From Planctomycetia bacterium (GTDB taxonomy: Bacteria > Planctomycetota > Planctomycetia > JALXBF01 > JBGPMX01): DNA of 64,000 bases. Numbering within the stretch: the stretch's first letter is position 1; every line of letters starts with the position of its first letter. Where the stretch lies: assembly GCA_036758585.1 (NCBI GenBank), contig DAIOWH010000001.1:98462-162461 (forward strand), written 5' to 3'. Shown piece by piece: positions 11,201 to 20,077 of the stretch. The notes under the pieces are model-generated. The model was given only the letters and a program-made list of their open reading frames with translations, did no database searches and had not been told where the DNA came from. Position numbers and translations under genes: made by a program.

Positions 11201-14200
11201 TCGAACTTTGGGTTCGTGTACGTGGCTTTCGTAATCTCCGGCGTCGGGGACGAGGGATCGCTGAGCGATCGCGACATCTACGTGGCCCGCAGTATCGACG
11301 CGCTGGTGTACAACGACCCGACTCTGGGCTTCAGGCCTTACTGGGAGGCTTCGACGTTCGAGCGCCCGCCCGTCGCGTTGCCCAATCCTGGCCCGATTAC
11401 GTTCGATAGTCTGGACCCGACAGACCTTGGTTTTCGGCCGAACTTTCTCGGGAACCAAGCCAATGATGATCTTGCCGCAATTCCGAGCGAGGTCGCTTCG
11501 CCTCGCCTTGCCGTCGGAGCACTGGGGCAAGTCTACGTTATCTGGCAGGACTACTCGCAACAGACCGTGTCTATTGAACTCGATCGGACCTTTGACACGT
11601 TCCACGCGAACCTGATTTCGACGTTTTGCGATCGAGACCGGCTCGACACACCGTTCAACTTGCCGACGGGCCAAGACCCGCCATTGAACCCGGCAGACAC
11701 GTGCCCAGCTCAAGACGCTCCCGGTCGGCTCCCACCGCCCCTGGATCCCACGGTGCCGATTACGTGGCGCGGCTCGAACTGGAGCGGCGCAGACATCACG
11801 GTGGCGCTAAGCACCGTGAACGGCTTCGACGATCCTGCGAGCAACGGCGAAAATGACACGTTCGATGAGAAGGCCCGCCAACCGGTGTGCGATGCGCCGC
11901 AGTTCCCCGACATCGAGATCATCACCACGAACTTGTTTGGGTCGTGTTACTCCATTGCGGCCCAGCCACGCGGCATCACGACGAACGCCCGCATCGCCCT
12001 GGACAGCTCGGCTGGCCCGTTTGCGGGGCGAGTCTATGTGGCATACACCTCGCGTCACGACCCGAACGACCCCGTAGGACATGACGACACGGATGTCTTC
12101 CTGACTTTCAGCGACGATTTCGGCAGGAACTGGAGCACATACCCCGCGGCGTTTGGCACGCCGCCGATTCCGGGCAGTTTGCTTCAGGAGCCGGGAACTC
12201 AGGTGAACGACGTCGATCGTGGCAGCCAGTTTAGTCCGGCGCTCAGCGTCGATCCCGTTACCGGCGACGTGTACATGGCTTGGTACGACACGCGCAACGA
12301 CGAGACCGACTTTGTGCGTGGGATATTTGGCAACGAGCAAGCCGAGGTGTTTTTTGCCGTCGGACGGCCCGAGACGGCTGGCATCACCTTCCTGCAGAAC
12401 CAGGTGCTCACTACGCGGCCGAGCGATCAATCGCTGCGCAATCCGAACCGCAGCCAGTTCGCTTACGGCGACTACATCGACATCGTCGGGGTCGACGGCG
12501 TCGCCCACCCAGCCTGGACCGACACGCGGCTGATCTTGGTAGACCATACCGCGGTGCCGCAGCGCGAGGAGCAGATTGCGGAAGTGATGACGGCACGGAT
12601 CGACGTGAACCCCGCGTTCGAGCCGGCCGACCAGACGCCGGCTGTCACTGACGTGCTCGGCAACGCACTGGACGGCGAGCCGATCAACGAATCGGACACT
12701 GTGGTCGGGTTGCCGTCGGGCGACGGCCAGGCGGGCGGCAACTTTGTCGCCGGCTTTTCAATATCGGACCGCATCTTGTTTGCCGACAGCGCGTTCGAAG
12801 AGGATCCACTGCGCCCGTCCACCGGCACGGCGGACAACCCATTCCCGACGCTGCGTCGCGCGATTGATCAGGCAAACTCGATTCGTTTTTCCATCACCTT
12901 TGATCGCGCCATTGCGCTTCCGTCCGCGGGCGCCGGCAATCGCGTTCAGGGGTTCATCGACCTGGACGTCGACCGGCGAGTGACGACGCCGGTCGTAGAC
13001 CTCGATGGCGACGGCGACGCGGGCGAACCTGAGGACACGTTCGGCTTGTCGCGAGTCAACCTGCTGGGCCTTGGCCCGACGGGTTTGGGGACCGAGTTTT
13101 ACATCGACCTGGCCAGCGAGTTCGACCATCCAGGCGCCGTGGACCTCTTGAACTCGGTGACCCGCGCACTGGTGGCGCGGATTCCGGTTTTTATTGAATC
13201 AACGGCGCCGGACACGCTCGTCGTTGAGGTGCCGCGCGGCGCCATCCGAGTCGGCGAGTTCATTCCAGACCGCGTGAACTTTGCGATCGCCGTCGGCGTT
13301 GACGCCGACGGAGACGGAGTGCTGGAGCCTGCGGAGTTGCATGACGAAGCGCCGAACCGGTTCGTCGAGACCGATCGCGACCATTTCCGAGTCCCGCCGC
13401 CCGGCACGCCGGCCGTCGGCGCGCCGCTGTCCGAAGAAGGCGACACGCTGCTTGTCGGCGCCACGCTCGACATTCGACGAGTGATCGTCGACAGCGTGCC
13501 GACCAGGCCGGTGGTGGTGCATGTGCGCGACGGCCGCACCCCCGGCGGCCAGCCGGTGCCCTATGTGGTCCAGCCGCGATCGGGCGGACTCAATGGGACC
13601 ATCACCGTCGGCCACTTCACCGACGTCGAGTTCGAGCCGGGCGTTGTGGTCAAGTTGCGAGCGGCGAATTTGGATGTCGCGGGCGATGGGTCCAATGTGT
13701 TCAGCCGCGGCGATGTGAACGATCCGGTGATCTTCACCTCGCTGTTCAACGACGATCAGAACGTGGGTGGCGACACCAACGGCGACCTGGACAACACCCA
13801 GCAGCGGCGCGGCGACTGGGGCGGCATTGTATTTCACGCCAACACCGACGACGCGCTGTCGCTGGTCAACTTCACGCGTCTGGAGTTCGGCGGCGGCGTC
13901 GTGCCGCGCGCCGCTGAAGGCGGTCTCGACACCGACGTGCGGCCCGAGGCGATCACGCTGAAGGCCGCCCGACCGGCCGTGGTCAACACGGTGATTGCCC
14001 AGAGCGGGGCCGCGCCAGTCACGCTCGAGCAGAACGCCCAGGCCGGCATGTCCGCCACACCCGACAGTTTCGCCGACGACACCGCACTGCCTGCCGACGG
14101 CACCGGCGCCGGTCAGCGCGGCCCGCTCTTGCGCGACCTGCTGTTCCGCGACAACTCCATCAACGGCCTTTTGGTACACGCCGACCACGACACCGGCGAG

Positions 14201-17200
14201 GCCGCCTTCACCAGCTTCGTCGATGCACGTTGGGACGACACCAGCGTCGTACACGTCTTGACGTCGCTGATGCGAGTAACACAGGGCACTGAGCTGGTGA
14301 TCGATCCGGGCATCGCCGTCAAGAACCGGTTGGGGGCCATCCAGATAGACGGTCGCGGAACCTTGCGTGTGGGCGGTCCCAACGAGGCCGACAGCAAGGT
14401 CGTCTTTACATCGGTGTTCGATGACACGGTGATCGAAGACACCACCAGCGACGGCGCTGCCACCGTGTCCAGGGCGGGCGACTGGGGTTCGATCTTTACG
14501 GTTGAGCCGCCGCGGCGATTCAACTTGGCCGTCGCCGAACCCGGACTCGAGCAGCGCGTGATCGGTGGAGTCGGGCCTACGGTGATCATCGACGGCGCCG
14601 AGATCAAGTTTGGCGGCGGCCTCTACGTGGACAACCAGGTTCCGTCGCTCGGTTTCGGCGTAACCACGAATGTGGTGAACAACGCGCTGCGGCCGACCAT
14701 GACGCAATGCGTCGCCGCCGTCGCCAACTGCCGACCGCGCAGCGCCGTTCAGTTAGAGACGCCCGGTTACTATCAGATCACCAACACCGCGTTTCGCAAC
14801 AACGGACTCGCCAACAACGGCGCCCTCCTGACCGATCCGCCGCTCACTGTGTACGCCAACGTGCTGCGACCCGATATCCCGTTCGACATACCTACAACGT
14901 TCGTCGACGAGGCGGCGCTCAACGAAGATCCGCTGTTCCGCGACAACGACTTCGAAAACAACGAGCTCGACGGCATGGAGGTCCTGCCGATCTTCCTCGA
15001 TGAAAATGGCGACCGCGCCAATGACGAGTCTTGGGCGGCGAACCAGCCGAGCGAAGCCTACCTGCTGAACACTCAGTTTGTGGATCTAGATGCGGACGGT
15101 CGCCTGGAGCTGACCGACGGTATCGACGGGTTGTGGAATGACACGGATGTTGTTCACGTCGTGCGCAACACGATTGGGCTGCCCGGCCGCGTCGAAGTCC
15201 CCGGAGCGGCGGCCGGCCGATTTGGCATCACGCCGTTTCTCGACCCGGTGCAGTTCCGCGACCTGATTCTGAAGGTAGGCAAGGTGGATCAGGCAGACTT
15301 GCTGGAGCTTGACTTTGAGTCCGACGCACTCGGTGCGCCTTTGTCGCCGGGCCAGGTAATCCGACCCGAGGCCTACAACCTCTCTCCGTTCCGGGTTTCT
15401 ATCGTGCCCAACTTGGGGCTTTCGACACAACTGCGTATCGAGGGAACGCAGACGAACTTCTCGGACTTGTTCGCTCTGAATGATACTACTGCGGGTTGTG
15501 TCCCTGATCCGGAACTGCCCGGGTTCGTCCCGACCAGTGGCAACAATGTCCTCACCACAGATACGGACGGTTTTCCCCCAGCGGCCGATGGCGTCACGAT
15601 CCGGTTCAACCAGCCTGTCTATGCCGTAGGACTCAATATCATCGGCAACCGGTTCGTCGGTCTCGGTGAGAATATCGAGGTGGTCGCGCTTGACCCGAAC
15701 GGTGTCGAGGGCACGTTTACCACCGCGTTCCCACTAACCGGCGACGCTGGGAGCGCGTTCCGCGGATTCATCAGTGCATTTCCGATTGTCGAGTTGCGGC
15801 TGAACGAACACCTAGGCGATGAGGACGACCTCATCACGGCCCCCGTTGGCTGTCCACCCGATGATGAGATCTACGATGACGTAGCCTACGACGACCTCGT
15901 CTTCAGCACCGCGCCCGTCTTTCCGTTCCAGCCGACGGCGACACAACCGTCCGCCGCATTGACACTGACGAGCCTGGTATCGGGTCACGAGTTGCGCACG
16001 CCTTTGAACGAGGCTTTCCAAACGCTTAGCGACGCCGAGGGTTTGGTGGTGAAACTCTCTGGTGCAGCGCCGGCGGCGACCGTAACCGGCGCGCTAGCGT
16101 TCGGGGATCTCCCCAGCCAGAACCGTGCGTTCGTCGGTGCGGGATTTCAGATTGGTATGGACGAAGGCCATGACGCCTTCTTCGACACCGATTCGGCGAT
16201 CCAGAGCAATCCGACGACCGATTGGGGCCTTGGGTCGGCCTTCCGGATCCTGGGCGTGCCGGCGAACGAGGCCACGGGCCAACCGCGAGTGCCAGTCGTC
16301 TTGACGTCGTTGCGCGACGATTCCGAAGGACCCAAGGGCCAACCGCACAACACCGACGCCGTCAATGACTTGACCGACCAGCAAGGCTCCCTGATCGGCG
16401 TGCCGGGCGCGCCGGTCACTGGCGATTGGGGCGATATCTTCATCGGCGCCCGTTCGGCGGGAGACCGCGACGACCTCATGGTCCGCGATCTGCTCGGCCG
16501 CCTGGTCGCCGACGCTCAGGCCGTACCCGGACGAGCAGTGACTCCGAACGATGTGAGCACCGAGTTCCGTGAGGACTTGTTGCCCGCCACGATGGATGAG
16601 ACGCAAGGATCGGTCATCCTCGACGCGCGCATCAAATACGGCGCTAAGATTCGGTTGCAGGGCGCGTCGCAGATATCCAACCAGGCGAACTCGGCGGCGT
16701 TTGGCCAGGAGGCGCGCAATGGACGCGCCATCTTGCCCAACGGTCGGTTTCCAGCCACTTGTCCGGATTCCCCGCTCGATTTCTCGCCAGGTTTGTGTCC
16801 GGGCGCCTTCCTTGCCGAAGACGGGTCGATGGTCATTGCACACAACGAGCTGCTCAACTTACGCGACGCCGGCGTCATCGCTCACCCCGGTTACTTTTTG
16901 GCGGCCGACGCACAGCACGACAACTGGGTGTGGGTCCCGTCTGAGCCGTGGGTTTTTAACAACGTCATCGCATTCATAGATGAACTGAATGGCGTGGCCC
17001 CGACCGGCACGCAGGGGGCGCACGGAGTGCGCATTCAAGGCGCCGCTCCACCAGACTGCGACCGGTTCACTCAGGATGCCGGAATAGTAGCCGATGGCGT
17101 ATCCGGCGTGGTCATGCACAACACCATCTTCGGCACGCAGCAAGGTATAGAACTGTCGCCCAACGCGGCCGCGCTGGCGATCAACAACATCATCTCCGAC

Positions 17201-20077
17201 GCCGGCACTGGTCTGACGTTTGCCGGATGTGCTGGTCAGACCCCACAGGCCGGCTTCAACCTGTTCTTCAACGTCACCGGCGCACAACAGGGGCTGAACA
17301 ACATCGCTGGCAACCCGCTGTTCAACGCCCCGAGTCTGTTCTTGGATCCGACGACCGCCGATTTCCGCTTGGTGCCATTCTCGCCGTCAGGGCAGCCGAA
17401 CCCGGCGATCGATACTGCGATAGGTGAGTTTGCACCCAGTGCGCACTGGGTGAACACCATTGACGACGGCATTGTTCGGCTGCCACTACCGATCACGGTG
17501 TTTAACACATCGCCGCTTGGTCCGGAGAAGGATCTGGTCGGATCGGTTCGCCAGGACGACGTGCGCATTCAGAATTCGCCGCCGGCCGTTGGAGTGGGCG
17601 CCGAGGTGTTCTTCGACATCGGTGCGGTCGAGTCGCGTGACTTTGGCGCACCGGTCGTGCTCGATGCGGTGGCGATTGTGGGCGCCCAAAGCCCGCAATT
17701 GGTGCCGGTCGGGTCGGCCACGCCGTTGCAATTGAACGAAAGCCCAACCGTCATCGTCGTCACGCTGAGCGAAGACCTGGACATTGGCACCATCACCACG
17801 ACCGACACCGGGTCGGTGCGGCTGATCCAGGTTGCGGCCCAGGGTCCTGAGCAGCCAGTCAATATCCTGCATGCATTTGACCCGGCCACAGACACACTGA
17901 CGATAACGCCGGCTCAGTCGCTGGGCGATGGGAGATACCGTCTGGAATTGCGCGGGGCGGGGGGCGAAGGGCTGACCGATCTGGATGGGGTACGGTTGGA
18001 CGGCGAGTTCCCTGGCAGCCAATCCGTTTGCCAGGGTACGCCGCTGCCGAGTCCATGCACCGACCCAGCCACGGGCTACTCGAGTGGCGATGGGTTGCCG
18101 GGCGGCAATTTTGTCAGTGAGTTTACGGTGGGTGAGCCGCCGCGCGTCGAGTCCGTGACCGTCACCGACGGCCGTGCGGACCCGGTTGTGGTGCTTGGCC
18201 CGCCGCGCGGCGTTGACGCCGATTTCTTCCCAAGCGTGCCCGAATTCCGCATCGACAACCCACCCACGTCGATCGTGGTGGAGTTCCGCAAGGACGTCAT
18301 CGTTCCGACTGCCTCGACCTTTCAGGTGTTCTCGTACGGCGTTGACGGTCAGCCGCTCACTGCCGATGACGATCTGATCAGCGGCCAGTATTTCCCGCAA
18401 CCTGGCGCCACGAGCAAGGTGTGGGAATTCCGACCGACGGTGCAGGGAGTTCTGCCGACCGACACTGTCTGGTTCGTGGTGCTCGACGGAACGATCGCCG
18501 GCACCAACGACCCAGCCATCATCGACGCGAACGGCATCCCGCTCGACGGCGAGTTCCTCTCAGGCAACGAAGACGACAATCGCAACGATCAGATCGATCC
18601 GGGTGAAGACCGGAACAACAACGGCATCCTCGACTCCGGTCCCGATCTCGTGCCGTCGGGCGACGGCGCGAGTGGCGGCGACTTCGTCGGCTACTTCCAG
18701 GTGGGCGACATCGCGCCGCCGGTCACGGCGGCGTTGATCGTCGACCAGAAGTTCCAGGCCGTGATTGGGAGCTGTCCGCTCAACAATCTCGGCATACCCT
18801 TCGAGGTAGGGACGGCGACCTGCCCGTTCAACACAATCAACGAGGCGTTGGAGGAGACCACGGGCCTGAACAGCCCGAAGTTGATCGAAGTGTTGCCCGG
18901 CACCTACTTCGAGAACGTCGTGGTGGACAGTCGGCACCTAGGGGTCACGCTGCGTTCGCAAGAGGGCGATGCCGATACAATCATCGAAGTGGCGGTCGGC
19001 GCGAGCAACGCCGATGGCGTGGTTGTCGACGTCGCCCAACCGCCGTTGTTCATCGATCGCGGTTCAGACGTCGTGGTCGAGGGATTCCAGATTACGTCCA
19101 ACGGCCGAACCGCGGTGCGGATCGACGTTTCGGACGGCACGACCAGTTTGAAGCCGGTACTGCTGGGGCGCAATACGATCTTCGGCAACCAGACCGGTGT
19201 GGAGATTCTTGCCGGGTCGGGTCGGGTGGCGCGGCTGGAGAACAACATTATTTGGGCCAACAGCGGCGCGGGCGTGGAAGTGCGCGGCGGGACTGGCGTG
19301 CGGCCGGCCGAACTAGTGAACAACACGGTGGTGTTCAACCAAGAAGGCATTGTGGTGCGGGCCACCAGCGTGGGCAGTCCGAACATCGCCAACATCTTCA
19401 ACAACATCGTGGTTGGCTCCAACGGCGCCGGCATCCGCAGCGTCAACACCGCCGGCGCCACCATCGACTTCAACGACGTCTACCAGAACCTGGGCGGCAA
19501 CTACATCAACGTCATCCGGCTCGGTGAGCATAACATCTCGGCCGATCCGTTGTTCCTGCAGCCGGTGGGCCGTCCCGCCGGCGGTCGGCCCGATCCGTCG
19601 TTGGCCGATTGGCAATTGGGTTCGCTGTCGCCCGCCATCGACGCCGCGCTGGGCAGCGAGGATGTCAACCAGAACCTCACGCTCGACGCGGGCGAGGACC
19701 TGAACGGAAACAACCTCTTGGACGCCGCGCCCACGGAAGACCACAACCGCAACGCGCGGCGCGACGACCTTAACGTCTTCGATACTGGCTTGGGCTTCCC
19801 CACGTTCGTCGACCTTGGGGCGTTGGAGCGAGGCGCGGACTCGACCGGCGCGCCTGGCGCCCCGCGGAATCCCGGCAATATCGTGCGATCGACGGTCGCT
19901 GCGGTGGATCTGGTGATCAGTCGCGGCGAATACAGGGTGGACGAAACGGACGACGATGAGGTACAGTCCGATGCCGCCAATGAGTGGTCCGACGCCATCG
20001 ACGTACTGCTGGAACGGGCCGGGACCAGGGCGGGTCGCGCGGCGCGCCAGGATAGGCTTGAAACAGATCGCGACTAA
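2273..20077 (+). CDS. Giant multidomain extracellular/adhesin-like protein (5934 aa). N-terminal basic region + LERLESRELLS motif. Three tandem Ig-like modules, Ca-binding DxNxNG repeats, FG-GAP/VCBS-like repeats, a BNR/Asp-box sialidase-like propeller, and right-handed beta-helix (NosD/pectate-lyase-like) repeats
   Basis: Single uninterrupted 17.8-kb ORF. A GGAG lies about 11 nt upstream of ATG 2273. Three ~110-aa repeats (SVTP..AGA.L..SPS.IEA.L.EDLD..LQL.AAG.DGNLGT.DDVRI.P.RV.YSAATD..RFVVNGQ) are also visible as ~80%-identical DNA repeats at about 2850-3970. DLNNNGQLDVGEDANGNGLLDLSEDLNDNG lies at about 4658-4870. Repeated FGDWDEDGDTDIGVYR-type units follow. BNR motifs SKDSGTSW (10208-10231) and SDDFGRNWS (12110-12133) plus WYDTRND/AWTDTRL. 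Beta-helix repeat blocks (NNIIWANSGAGVEVRGG.. NNTVVFNQEGIVVRAT..) occur near the C-terminus. Confidence 0.85.
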   Translation: MAKTKAKRHQKSRRLVHGNSSPGGSRLGFLERLESRELLSDFQPVQVGFSWLTPGQPTVVQFNAAGQCLGVTGPAAGDHDDCAIGDVGPDRVTIQFSRNIDRRTFNAAADVTVTGDLDATDPFRVTSGVARRRVVTINTAGDLATGADANLTLGLRDIKAKGKSGAWLDPWTMTVNVNSDQPPAPGNTPPRVLSVTPAAGAQLNESPSFIEALLSEDLDSPGQNGIQLFAAGPDGNLGTTDDVRINPRRVDYSAATDTLRFVVNGQVADGLYQARVMGSLRDGAGSRLDGNGDGTAGDDFVWTFRVASDPGGGPTDTTAPGVVSVTPNAGATLTQSPSVIEATLNEDLDPAHLPDQNSLQLHAAGADGNLGTADDVRIVPTRVEYSAATDVVRFVVNGQLANGAYRARLVGDSIRDAAGNRAADYAWTFGVNVPTNPPPPGDTSAPTVVSTNPSPGAIITEPLTAIDVVFNEDLDPATVTPANFVLSASGGDGTFGDGNETTIAPQRIEYSPATDTGRFVIGSRLPNDLFQLMLVGTASIRDLAGNKLDGDRNGSGGDNFTATFSVAVAPPPDSSPGPHKDVLGGDPPDAIADVFPGAPTPTLDISAISGFADPNNLYINVRFNTTPPGTTIEAPSASEPNSVFGFIDIDTDQDLITPSFLTNFDRTPAPISSTPGVGIEFVVDIGSEARHPGSVDVLYTDEKVPLAGNDDFDSRDDLYIYRPLTGEFLIGLNSGGQLGTVLGPFQFGGVGETPILGNWDPDGAGPLRANGGDDLGTFDATTSTFKLDLNDDRRLGEDRDGDGLLDPTEDLNNNGQLDVGEDANGNGLLDLSEDLNDNGGFTEDLNGNGLLDPTEQDLNNNGRADNLVDTETFVFGFAAPDPADQVLFGDWDEDGDTDIGVYRAATGEFLLDLNGNYEIDAAVTDPIPELPFRFGPISTTNVALVGDWNADGRTEVGVFVRGEDLNGDGFFNDGTAAPLLDEAADGVDYNGDGDALDLFSEDLNNNSIREDGTGFFFLDRDGDRVQDASEDANNNGVLDPGEDKDEDPITAGTQGNAFLDNDGPFAFGLATDSPVFGQWSVVGRDDIGVYRQGLAGGQYILDYNSDRAVSVGEGPFAFGGVGDRPVVGVFSFDGTSRMGSYTPTTRAGTRIGGDQFFIDTNGDRAVSPREGPFTLAPTAPIEFLFDSFTVKLPLSQLGNDPGGIVNFVATVGPFAGFSDEAPDPPPPPTPPNPPVPGTPAASGVAAPLRVVELSFPNETAFRLTEPLADALPKSTIAIPGTSVVVGTVGLQARLAGGDASLQSILDRRSVDARTVLLEGSGGDDVFGNGNDVSISANQIVVGTSPSAALIGKSNDTIFFDLTGVDLGADLYRFTLVGDDPIRDFHGVPLDGDFLDANGDGALTNADLPSGNGVPQGDFIATFRLDAPPEVISFRMTRPTDRNVDPLGAAPSDTGVIGDGITNTRTPNFVGVVSDDRLPIIGDNPGDTFVAGGQFDLFEGSGEFLDEDLNGNQLFNDGSTAPLLDEAVDGVDYNNDGDTVDSVSEDRNANGQFDRTIYLGLRFTTPVDLASSGATNAVRGFIDIDADQVSATGGTGWIRDLDGDRTEDFSDGIVHLGREGDVPIVGQWLLGAGVNPTGDRLGIFRPSTGEFFLDLDGDGRFLPSEDANGDGVFDPSEDLNGNGLLDTEGPFASGVTSEDLDGDGALDPGEDVDGNGVLDVAVPVVGNFCADNPQTVAVECPGTEVGVFRSGLWTIDLNGDREFADGSFTYGAVGDIAVVGNWNGLPGDEVGVVTPSTATLAPRWLLDRDGDTSAANDTPFEYGTANDQQIPVVGDWSGNGRTKVGTYSPRFSQWRIDINGNTVLEAAEGPFVFGDPQSQPVVGDWNGDNADDIGTYNTFGPTNQGTGQWFIDADHVAGTTPTLTSNDGPHRFGLVGEDRNNDGVLQTLEDLNGNDAIDPPDLPIVGRWETNGQAAASDLFGVFRLRDASHVNTFGFTTSFNIAGRADLGIEYFVDLASESGGVANLVDARTSRVVQAVPIRLFPDSRTVIVDIPLAAMPEVSGGRVTFGAIVGSATEFTDQLPELPRAAQSAESLQLDFATGQTPGCRTGSDGIFNDGTTFTRGFGTFTLQVPTSDQLSETVVGCLPSVVRVRATDLFDKVNNIVSTSIVDRGVRVDLTPPRIYRVIPPDNSQGRDGPRILQLNFSEDLNGNGILDPGEDTNGDNLLNSDDLDRSTAERSSSYELFRADEQPFESDSNELRQITYNSVTDSVSITLGEGLDSGHYTFVALSLGGITDVAGNRLDGEPNPGARPGQANVFPSGDDVAGGDFTTTLLINQGPPIVTAAAGSAGPIVRAIYDLNNEDINGDGAFDAGEDVDGDGTFDLGDAPAPPREIVVTLDQPVMPSSVPLDLNGNGRLDCGPDGICGTGDSVDLNGDGVFGPGDGEVDADGDGDIDFNALDEDTKTVFLTRTRTVDQITGLVSSIGDGVFDPFSNRVLGFVEVTNDGHTLTFHPNPEFLDPDNDGVQEGLLADHYRFSLMGGGILQPEPSGLRDNIIVSCDDFRNDQLTRLVPDTVAPSLACRTDNRDNGQAPTPFDPSGFQTTTATDLFVTNTLNSQGPGNVLLTAVEDRGQLFNVFDDEIAVYVSKDSGTSWAKTPFFATDAARTIATPASPTTTSVTFDIAVHPSVAFDALGTAYVGYALYDLPNVPDFTLTGADTRFDAADRDALDTGGAVCQDCAEVVDVLATADAATYAFEIGFSQTVTPPSENALRPLFGRLDIDCDRDGGADFFADLASENFDPAVESRFVNLLVAAGVSPACNPSNLAPGSLVSPSIPIDYLGDRVRLRVARELVDMDPPVLADFRVLVSQSAGGPVSDAAPNAGFTAVRDRRFRSSAVALSRSVDVVTAPSGSAVFQSPIPASFHFHEDLNDNGANDAGDIDVDGDGQITQMTFVDLDPSIAVDKTRIYSDRARTPNSNFGFVYVAFVISGVGDEGSLSDRDIYVARSIDALVYNDPTLGFRPYWEASTFERPPVALPNPGPITFDSLDPTDLGFRPNFLGNQANDDLAAIPSEVASPRLAVGALGQVYVIWQDYSQQTVSIELDRTFDTFHANLISTFCDRDRLDTPFNLPTGQDPPLNPADTCPAQDAPGRLPPPLDPTVPITWRGSNWSGADITVALSTVNGFDDPASNGENDTFDEKARQPVCDAPQFPDIEIITTNLFGSCYSIAAQPRGITTNARIALDSSAGPFAGRVYVAYTSRHDPNDPVGHDDTDVFLTFSDDFGRNWSTYPAAFGTPPIPGSLLQEPGTQVNDVDRGSQFSPALSVDPVTGDVYMAWYDTRNDETDFVRGIFGNEQAEVFFAVGRPETAGITFLQNQVLTTRPSDQSLRNPNRSQFAYGDYIDIVGVDGVAHPAWTDTRLILVDHTAVPQREEQIAEVMTARIDVNPAFEPADQTPAVTDVLGNALDGEPINESDTVVGLPSGDGQAGGNFVAGFSISDRILFADSAFEEDPLRPSTGTADNPFPTLRRAIDQANSIRFSITFDRAIALPSAGAGNRVQGFIDLDVDRRVTTPVVDLDGDGDAGEPEDTFGLSRVNLLGLGPTGLGTEFYIDLASEFDHPGAVDLLNSVTRALVARIPVFIESTAPDTLVVEVPRGAIRVGEFIPDRVNFAIAVGVDADGDGVLEPAELHDEAPNRFVETDRDHFRVPPPGTPAVGAPLSEEGDTLLVGATLDIRRVIVDSVPTRPVVVHVRDGRTPGGQPVPYVVQPRSGGLNGTITVGHFTDVEFEPGVVVKLRAANLDVAGDGSNVFSRGDVNDPVIFTSLFNDDQNVGGDTNGDLDNTQQRRGDWGGIVFHANTDDALSLVNFTRLEFGGGVVPRAAEGGLDTDVRPEAITLKAARPAVVNTVIAQSGAAPVTLEQNAQAGMSATPDSFADDTALPADGTGAGQRGPLLRDLLFRDNSINGLLVHADHDTGEAAFTSFVDARWDDTSVVHVLTSLMRVTQGTELVIDPGIAVKNRLGAIQIDGRGTLRVGGPNEADSKVVFTSVFDDTVIEDTTSDGAATVSRAGDWGSIFTVEPPRRFNLAVAEPGLEQRVIGGVGPTVIIDGAEIKFGGGLYVDNQVPSLGFGVTTNVVNNALRPTMTQCVAAVANCRPRSAVQLETPGYYQITNTAFRNNGLANNGALLTDPPLTVYANVLRPDIPFDIPTTFVDEAALNEDPLFRDNDFENNELDGMEVLPIFLDENGDRANDESWAANQPSEAYLLNTQFVDLDADGRLELTDGIDGLWNDTDVVHVVRNTIGLPGRVEVPGAAAGRFGITPFLDPVQFRDLILKVGKVDQADLLELDFESDALGAPLSPGQVIRPEAYNLSPFRVSIVPNLGLSTQLRIEGTQTNFSDLFALNDTTAGCVPDPELPGFVPTSGNNVLTTDTDGFPPAADGVTIRFNQPVYAVGLNIIGNRFVGLGENIEVVALDPNGVEGTFTTAFPLTGDAGSAFRGFISAFPIVELRLNEHLGDEDDLITAPVGCPPDDEIYDDVAYDDLVFSTAPVFPFQPTATQPSAALTLTSLVSGHELRTPLNEAFQTLSDAEGLVVKLSGAAPAATVTGALAFGDLPSQNRAFVGAGFQIGMDEGHDAFFDTDSAIQSNPTTDWGLGSAFRILGVPANEATGQPRVPVVLTSLRDDSEGPKGQPHNTDAVNDLTDQQGSLIGVPGAPVTGDWGDIFIGARSAGDRDDLMVRDLLGRLVADAQAVPGRAVTPNDVSTEFREDLLPATMDETQGSVILDARIKYGAKIRLQGASQISNQANSAAFGQEARNGRAILPNGRFPATCPDSPLDFSPGLCPGAFLAEDGSMVIAHNELLNLRDAGVIAHPGYFLAADAQHDNWVWVPSEPWVFNNVIAFIDELNGVAPTGTQGAHGVRIQGAAPPDCDRFTQDAGIVADGVSGVVMHNTIFGTQQGIELSPNAAALAINNIISDAGTGLTFAGCAGQTPQAGFNLFFNVTGAQQGLNNIAGNPLFNAPSLFLDPTTADFRLVPFSPSGQPNPAIDTAIGEFAPSAHWVNTIDDGIVRLPLPITVFNTSPLGPEKDLVGSVRQDDVRIQNSPPAVGVGAEVFFDIGAVESRDFGAPVVLDAVAIVGAQSPQLVPVGSATPLQLNESPTVIVVTLSEDLDIGTITTTDTGSVRLIQVAAQGPEQPVNILHAFDPATDTLTITPAQSLGDGRYRLELRGAGGEGLTDLDGVRLDGEFPGSQSVCQGTPLPSPCTDPATGYSSGDGLPGGNFVSEFTVGEPPRVESVTVTDGRADPVVVLGPPRGVDADFFPSVPEFRIDNPPTSIVVEFRKDVIVPTASTFQVFSYGVDGQPLTADDDLISGQYFPQPGATSKVWEFRPTVQGVLPTDTVWFVVLDGTIAGTNDPAIIDANGIPLDGEFLSGNEDDNRNDQIDPGEDRNNNGILDSGPDLVPSGDGASGGDFVGYFQVGDIAPPVTAALIVDQKFQAVIGSCPLNNLGIPFEVGTATCPFNTINEALEETTGLNSPKLIEVLPGTYFENVVVDSRHLGVTLRSQEGDADTIIEVAVGASNADGVVVDVAQPPLFIDRGSDVVVEGFQITSNGRTAVRIDVSDGTTSLKPVLLGRNTIFGNQTGVEILAGSGRVARLENNIIWANSGAGVEVRGGTGVRPAELVNNTVVFNQEGIVVRATSVGSPNIANIFNNIVVGSNGAGIRSVNTAGATIDFNDVYQNLGGNYINVIRLGEHNISADPLFLQPVGRPAGGRPDPSLADWQLGSLSPAIDAALGSEDVNQNLTLDAGEDLNGNNLLDAAPTEDHNRNARRDDLNVFDTGLGFPTFVDLGALERGADSTGAPGAPRNPGNIVRSTVAAVDLVISRGEYRVDETDDDEVQSDAANEWSDAIDVLLERAGTRAGRAARQDRLETDRD

